Origin: Candidatus Omnitrophota bacterium
Lineage (GTDB): Bacteria; Omnitrophota; Gorgyraeia; JAGLLT01
Assembly (NCBI GenBank): GCA_023140385.1
Contig: JAGLLT010000020.1
Span: forward strand, 1-36,359
Reading direction: 5' to 3'
DNA length: 36,359 bases
Part shown: piece after piece, positions 28,601 through 33,361 of the stretch
Numbering within the stretch: the first letter of the stretch is position 1
Layout: every line of letters starts with the position of its first letter
Made by a program: the position numbers and the translations under genes
Notes under the pieces: generated by a model
Told to the model about the DNA's origin: nothing
Databases searched by the model: none
What the model saw: the letters and a program-made list of their open reading frames with translations, nothing else

Positions 28601-31046
28601 CTATACTTATGGTGAGAGGGGTAATCTTGTCGAAGAAAGAGATGCTTATGACAATGTCGCAACAATGAGTTATGATCAATATGGTCAGATAGCTCAGATG
28701 GTTGACAAAAATGGTAATATTACGAAGTTTGAATACAACGACATCGGCTCAGTAGTTAAGATTACCAAGAAGATGAAAGATGCACCTGATCCCGATGTTG
28801 ATCTTATAGTAACCATGGAATATGATTCTATAGGAAACCGCGCAAGTTTTACTGATCCAGAAGGAAATACTACTACATTTGATTATGATATTCTAAATAG
28901 ATTAATCTGTACCACTGACCCAATAGGTAATAAGACTGGCTATACTTATGACGAAAATAATAATATTACACAAATTACCTATAAGGATTCAAATGACGCC
29001 GTCTTAAAGACAACATCAAAGACCTATGATGTTGCTGACAGGTTAAAAACTGTTACTGACCATCTTGGGAATACTACAATTTATGATTATGATGTGAACG
29101 GCAACACAATTAAAATAACCGATGCCTTAGGCAATGCAAATACCTTTACCTATGATGAGAGAGACCTACTTTCATCAAAGACAGATGCCAATGGCAGCCT
29201 AACTACCTATTCTTATAATGTTGTTAAAAAACTAACCTCGATAGAAGACGCGAACAACAATATAACAAGTTATAACTATAATGATGTAAACAAACCAATA
29301 ACTATAACCTACCCTGATTTTTCTCAAGAAACCTATACCTATAATGAAGTAGGCAATCTACTTAGCAAAACTAACCGGGCAGGTGAACAAATTGCATACG
29401 CATATGATAGCTTAAATAGACTAATTACCCAAACGTATCCTGATTTAAGTACAGTTCAATATGTCTATGATAATAATTCAAGACTTATTACTGCAACAGA
29501 TTCAAATGGAACTACAACTTACTCATATGATAAAGCGGATAGATTAGTAAGCGTAGTTGATATTTACGGCAAGGTTGTAAGCTATGAATACAGTAAAGCG
29601 GGCGGCAGGACTAAGATGACATATCCGGATAATGAATATATCACTTACGCGCGAGACGAACTAAACAGACTTACAAGCATAAAGGATATATCAGACAACA
29701 ACATTGCGGCCTATGACTACAATGCTCTCTTAAGGGTAACTAATCTTACACTTGAAAATGGAACCGAGACTGCCTATGAATATGATAATATCGGCCGTTT
29801 ATTAGACCTTGTCAATAAAAAAACCACAACTGCGCCGGAGACAATCTTGTCATCATTCGGCTATACTTATGATAATATAGGTAATAGACTTACCAAGACA
29901 ACCATGAATGGAACATACGACTATACTTATAACAACATCTATGAGCTCACTCAGGTAGAAGATCCAGAGAATAATATCACAGTTTACAATTATAACGGTG
30001 TTCACAGCAGAACTAATGTCAATGGTGAAAGTTACATTATTAATAATCTCAATCAATATACAAATGTTGGTTCTACTAACTATATCTATGATACAAAAGG
30101 AAATCTTACAGGAGATGAGAGCTGGAGCTACACCTATGACTATGAAAACAGACTAATCTCTGCGGCAGATGGTATAACAACCGCAACCTATACCTATGAC
30201 TATTCAGGAAGAAGGATAGCTAAGGATGTTGATGGTGTAACTACAAGATATGTCTACGACGGCATTCATATAATAGCTGAGTATGATGCCTCTGACAGTC
30301 TCCTTCAAAGAAATATCTTTGGAATTGGAACTGATGAAATATTAAAGCGTACGGATTACACAGGTGAATATCCTGTTGATTATTACTATCATAAGGACGG
30401 ACTGGGTTCGGTAGTTACTATATCAGATTCAGCCGGTGATATAATAGAAAAGTACTTCTATGACGTTTATGGTGATGTTATAATAAAAGACAGTAATGAC
30501 AATATTTTTTCTCAAAGCGCCATAAATAATAGATATATGTTTACAGCAAGGGAATATGATAGAGAGACAGGACTTTATTATTATAGAGCCAGGATGTATT
30601 CAAGCGCACTTGGCAGGTTCCTCCAGCCTGATCCTGTTGGTTATTATGAAAGTATGAATCTGTATCAGTATGTAAAAAATAATCCGGTTAATTGGATTGA
30701 TCCTATGGGGTTGTATAAATGTGATCCATCGCTTTGTGAGAGAAACAAAAGAAGTTGCCTACAAAGCGCAAAACAGGAGCTTAGACGATGTCTTCAGAAA
30801 CAAACAGGAGAAGCAGGGATGTCTGGGTACGTTGGTGTACCTGGAGCTATTATTACTGGTGCCTATGTAGGTGCGCGAATAGGTGGTCCATATGGTGCTA
30901 TTGTAGGTGCGGCCACCGGCTCTCTTTATGGAGTAGGAGGACTCTTTATCTCCAACTGGAATCTAAACTTATGCCAGGAAAACTACGAGGATGCGGAAAA
31001 AACTTGCCTTAAAATTTATGGAATCTGTATGAGTGCCTGCAAATAG
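25644..31046 (+). CDS. Secreted RHS/YD-repeat polymorphic toxin-like protein (signal peptide, dockerin-like, Ig, CBM11-like, FN3, DUF6531-like, RHS core, Cys/Gly-rich C-terminal domain)
   Basis: N-terminal hydrophobic signal; GDANNDNSVALSD / ADFNGDNSIGLSD duplication; many YD repeats; core end ETGLYYYRARMY...GRFLQPDP...NPVNWIDPMGL. Accessory domain names are by-eye motif matches. Confidence 0.93.
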   Translation: MKQALLFISRRLSKPLFILTLLLFFLSSHSLPAIADGSISGKVTIQNRTDHSAPITFKLKIPGQTAPIQASEATTASDGSYQLNNIPAGIYNLSAKALNSLSQNYVLIEVTEGQNTSNIDFSLLGGDANNDNSVALSDRFILRKAWNTNIGDVNWDERADFNGDNSIGLSDKFILSANWYKNGSEPQISIDLPEDNSISAVSPISVSGTTDNDVSTVTVNGLSATIDSGTFYADNVPLSSGLNVISAIAVNAMGNKNADLIRLSYDPNFTPTEVFEDFDGNNPRVDYWWNGYDGENVYTRSLDHTLFRGGSTSMKVEYNKSGYPLSLFAVQLKCNGIDNDFSKYDKLSFWVYTDNPQLTIRVKFEDGDGHSWEGDCSSSVQGEWQRFVYDFSGAHGYMDLSNISWNLLFFADPGQANTQGIFYMDDIALHSSKPYFHPPLTTPTLSGPTEPVYGEYQLNWTDIPGAGIYELQEIKSHDFSSTYVYWTNDTYRNFNNRVIPTAYYYRLRAWSNVPEEGGTSSGWSNIISLKIIDGPPIISEVYSLYPIESHGTYVHSVGDYVKICLKEKYNAPDITSGTFRIISASQSYDSGLVEATKSEDGLYYFYHWDTNGLNPADDYIVAAILTDAIGQTDTDGSDEDPDLTISLILAAPSRYGVNLEADFSISSIGIPLKFERFYHSDMLYDGPMGDRWTHSYNMQVEEQEDGNVALLWKIEDYWNFFIKNPDGTYKSPLGGQMELIKNPDSTFTLKRNNINYNFNPDNKLANIEDLNGNQVTLTYFEGLLYTITDTSGRQITFGYYTGYTNPKIKSITDFAGRTFNYEYDSSGNLVKYINPAGYETTYNYDGHNLTIITNPRGYHTYFSYIDDKLYSKSNDDGINHTTYTFLTEPNRTIITNARGYETTYIMEDTTHSSTVDALGNITTTISSDQGYPLSVTDANENTWFYAWDENGNRTTVTCPYENTTTYVYNQLNLIASRTDAKGNATSYTYGERGNLVEERDAYDNVATMSYDQYGQIAQMVDKNGNITKFEYNDIGSVVKITKKMKDAPDPDVDLIVTMEYDSIGNRASFTDPEGNTTTFDYDILNRLICTTDPIGNKTGYTYDENNNITQITYKDSNDAVLKTTSKTYDVADRLKTVTDHLGNTTIYDYDVNGNTIKITDALGNANTFTYDERDLLSSKTDANGSLTTYSYNVVKKLTSIEDANNNITSYNYNDVNKPITITYPDFSQETYTYNEVGNLLSKTNRAGEQIAYAYDSLNRLITQTYPDLSTVQYVYDNNSRLITATDSNGTTTYSYDKADRLVSVVDIYGKVVSYEYSKAGGRTKMTYPDNEYITYARDELNRLTSIKDISDNNIAAYDYNALLRVTNLTLENGTETAYEYDNIGRLLDLVNKKTTTAPETILSSFGYTYDNIGNRLTKTTMNGTYDYTYNNIYELTQVEDPENNITVYNYNGVHSRTNVNGESYIINNLNQYTNVGSTNYIYDTKGNLTGDESWSYTYDYENRLISAADGITTATYTYDYSGRRIAKDVDGVTTRYVYDGIHIIAEYDASDSLLQRNIFGIGTDEILKRTDYTGEYPVDYYYHKDGLGSVVTISDSAGDIIEKYFYDVYGDVIIKDSNDNIFSQSAINNRYMFTAREYDRETGLYYYRARMYSSALGRFLQPDPVGYYESMNLYQYVKNNPVNWIDPMGLYKCDPSLCERNKRSCLQSAKQELRRCLQKQTGEAGMSGYVGVPGAIITGAYVGARIGGPYGAIVGAATGSLYGVGGLFISNWNLNLCQENYEDAEKTCLKIYGICMSACK

Positions 31047-31064
31047 CCTGATAGGAGAGGTAGG

Positions 31065-31862
31065 ATGTTGAGTCAAAAATATAAAAATGATACAAAACTA
31101 TTAAGAAAACTTATTCTCTTAATTGGAGGTCTTCTTCTTTTTGAAGAAGGATTAAATTGGCTAACTTTATCCTTAAACTTAGATGTGAGATTTTATCTCT
31201 GGTTTACGTTTATAGCAGTTAGTATAGTAGTAATAATAGTGATTTCAGTGCTTTACAGAGCATACCGAAGGTGCTCAAGCATAGTTAAGGGACTAGAAAA
31301 CTTAAACCAAAAACAGAAAAGATACTTAAAGCGAGCCAGAAAACACCGAATTCTTCTTTTAATTATAGGTATCCTTATTTTTGTAGGTGTTCATTATTAT
31401 ACCTTAATATGCATAAGTTCACTTTCATTTTTAGATGTGAAATTTCACACTTGGTTTTTACCTATAATATTGGGTACAATACTCGGTTTAATATCTTGCT
31501 GGGAAGACCCTGAATGGTTAAATATAGTTGATAATTTAGGAAAACTAAGCCAAAAACAGAAAAGGTACATCCAGCGATACAGAAAATTCCTGATACTTCC
31601 TTTAATTGTTGGCATTATTAGTATAGTTAGTGGTGTACAATTTGCTTTACAAACGCATAAAATCAGTTCGATTTTAGATATAAAAATTTATCAGGTTCCT
31701 ACATTTTTTCTCATTCCTCGTTCTGTAGCATTTGCCATATTTGCTTTAGTAGGATGGTATTATTTCTATTCTGCGTTAAAAATAGTACAAAGGGTCAAGT
31801 CTCGACTTGACTACACAAACAACGGGGTCACACACAAACACATAAATCGGGGGACACTGTAG
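31065..31862 (+). CDS. Multi-pass membrane protein of three internal repeats; putative immunity protein; 3' end probably altered by insertion
   Basis: 18 bp after RHS stop, SD AGGAG/GAGGT; about 6 hydrophobic segments; last ~25 codons run through the repeat array. Confidence 0.7.
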   Translation: MLSQKYKNDTKLLRKLILLIGGLLLFEEGLNWLTLSLNLDVRFYLWFTFIAVSIVVIIVISVLYRAYRRCSSIVKGLENLNQKQKRYLKRARKHRILLLIIGILIFVGVHYYTLICISSLSFLDVKFHTWFLPIILGTILGLISCWEDPEWLNIVDNLGKLSQKQKRYIQRYRKFLILPLIVGIISIVSGVQFALQTHKISSILDIKIYQVPTFFLIPRSVAFAIFALVGWYYFYSALKIVQRVKSRLDYTNNGVTHKHINRGTL

Positions 31863-31893
31863 TAACGGGGTCAGACTGTAGTACGGGGTCAGA
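31792..31893. repeat. Cluster of five GGG(G)(T/A)CA motifs with hairpin and tandem duplication
   Basis: Motifs start 31792, 31824, 31849, 31867, 31885; hairpin GTCAAGTC-TC-GACTTGAC 31794-31811; tandem ACTGTAGTA(A)CGGGGTCAG 31856-74 and 31875-92. Confidence 0.85.
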
Positions 31894-31912
31894 CCTCGAA
31901 ATGCGAAAAGGA

Positions 31913-31941
31913 TTGACAGAGGTAAATAGAAGCAGTAGAAT
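31913..31941 (+). promoter_or_regulatory. Near-consensus sigma70 promoter of the transposase
   Basis: TTGACA 31913-18, 17-bp spacer, TAGAAT 31936-41; ATG at 31948. Confidence 0.75.
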
Positions 31942-31947
31942 ACCAGT

Positions 31948-32895
31948 ATGGCGAGGCCCTATCGATTACAATTAGAAGATTGTTTATATCATATAATTAG
32001 CCGCGGGGATGACCGAAAGAAGATATTCATAAATAGATATGATTATGAGAAGTTTCTAGAATATCTTCAGTTAGCTAAAGACAAATATAAATTTTATCTT
32101 TACGCCTATTGTTTGATGCCCAACCATTACCATCTTCTTATAGAAACCACACAACCTAATCTTTCCCGTATAATGCAATATATAAACGCCTCCTATACTA
32201 TCTATTATAATACCAAACGCCGCAGATGCGGACATGTATTTCAGGGGCGCTATAAGTCTATAGTGGTAGAAGGAGATAGCTATTTTCTTGAATTAAGCCG
32301 CTATATTCATCTAAATCCTGTACGGGCGAAGATGATAACGGATCCTTCAGGATATAAATGGTCAAGTTATCGCGGATATATAAAAAAGAAAAGTGATGAA
32401 CATATAGATAAAGAGTACGCGCGAAGATACTTTGATATGAGTGTTAAGCAATATCAGAATTTTGTATTAGAAGGGATTAATAACCAGAAAAACCCCTTTA
32501 AGGATATATATGTGGGGTTTATATTAGGCAAGACGAAGTTTATCAAAGATAAATTGAAGAGGTTAAAAGGACAGATTGAAGGAAGAGAAGTCTCCTACAA
32601 GAAGAGAATTAGCGGCAGCTCAGATATAGATAGTATAGTTAGAGCGGCAGCTCAGAAGTATGGACAGAAGGTTGACGATATTTACAAAGCAAAAAGAAAG
32701 CCGTTGTTATCGAAAAAAATAGCGCTATACTTATCAAAGAGGCTTACCGGATTAACCAATAGGGAGATAGGTGAATTTTTCGGAATAGGTCATTCAGCAG
32801 TGAGTAAGGCAGCTATGGATATTTTAAAGTTAGCGGAAAAAGATAAAGTGATTAAGAAGGAGATAGAGGAGCTCATTTCGCATTTCGAGGTCTGA
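31948..32895 (+). CDS. REP-associated tyrosine (Y1/HUH, IS200-like) transposase with C-terminal DnaA-C-like HTH
   Basis: YHIISRG, AYCLMPNHYHLL (HUH), GHVFQGRYKS, RYIHLNPVRA (catalytic Tyr), KWSSY; tail ALYLSKRLTGLTNREIGEFFGIGHSAVSKA. Confidence 0.92.
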   Translation: MARPYRLQLEDCLYHIISRGDDRKKIFINRYDYEKFLEYLQLAKDKYKFYLYAYCLMPNHYHLLIETTQPNLSRIMQYINASYTIYYNTKRRRCGHVFQGRYKSIVVEGDSYFLELSRYIHLNPVRAKMITDPSGYKWSSYRGYIKKKSDEHIDKEYARRYFDMSVKQYQNFVLEGINNQKNPFKDIYVGFILGKTKFIKDKLKRLKGQIEGREVSYKKRISGSSDIDSIVRAAAQKYGQKVDDIYKAKRKPLLSKKIALYLSKRLTGLTNREIGEFFGIGHSAVSKAAMDILKLAEKDKVIKKEIEELISHFEV

Positions 32896-33284
32896 CCCTA
32901 GAGTACTAGAGGTCTACGGTATTTTGCAAAATATTTTAAGGATAAAAAAAGAAAAAATCAGGCTGGTCGAGTATAAAAGTATCAAATCAGGGATAGCTCA
33001 TTGTGTCCCCTGATTATGAGTTTGAGCAAGAACCCCCTATGGATGAAAACTAACCGACCTTTACTTAATCTTAAAGGTTGTCCAAAACGCTTATCTCATT
33101 TTTCCCTTATTTAAAATTCTTCTTGATTTTTATATCAATAGGTGACCCCGTAACTATGTGGATGCCGAGAAACTCGTTGAATTCTTATAATTCAAGCCGC
33201 CCTTTTTTATTAACCCCGCCAAACGTTACAAAAACTAAATAATTTTTAAGTAAAATAATACTATAAAAAGACAAAAAGTTTCTA

Positions 33285-33313
33285 TTGACAGTTCACTGTT
33301 TGTTTAGTATATT
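33285..33313 (+). promoter_or_regulatory. Putative sigma70 promoter of the GH2 gene
   Basis: TTGACA 33285-90, 17-bp spacer, TATATT 33308-13; A-rich upstream region. Confidence 0.65.
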
Positions 33314-33361
33314 TAAGACACACGAGTGCATTAATTAAAACAAAACGATAAGAGGAAAAGA

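Larger units (their letters stand above)
31886..32898 (+). mobile_element. Y1/HUH (RAYT-like) element bounded by perfect 23-bp inverted repeats
   Basis: GGGTCAGACCTCGAAATGCGAAA 31886-31908 and exact reverse complement 32876-32898 enclosing one transposase gene. Confidence 0.85.

Noticed and set aside
30788..31012. 74-aa Cys/Trp-rich alternate-frame ORF inside the RHS C-terminus
   Set aside because: Explained as the shifted reading of GGT-GCN Gly/Ala codons of the glycine zipper; no SD.
31792..31893. Mini CRISPR array
   Set aside because: Repeats are only 7-9 nt, spacers are irregular and self-similar, and there are no cas genes; better explained as transposase end motifs.
32896..33361. tnpB/omegaRNA or orphan RHS cassette after the transposase
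   Set aside because: No long ORF or RHS-core remnant in this interval.
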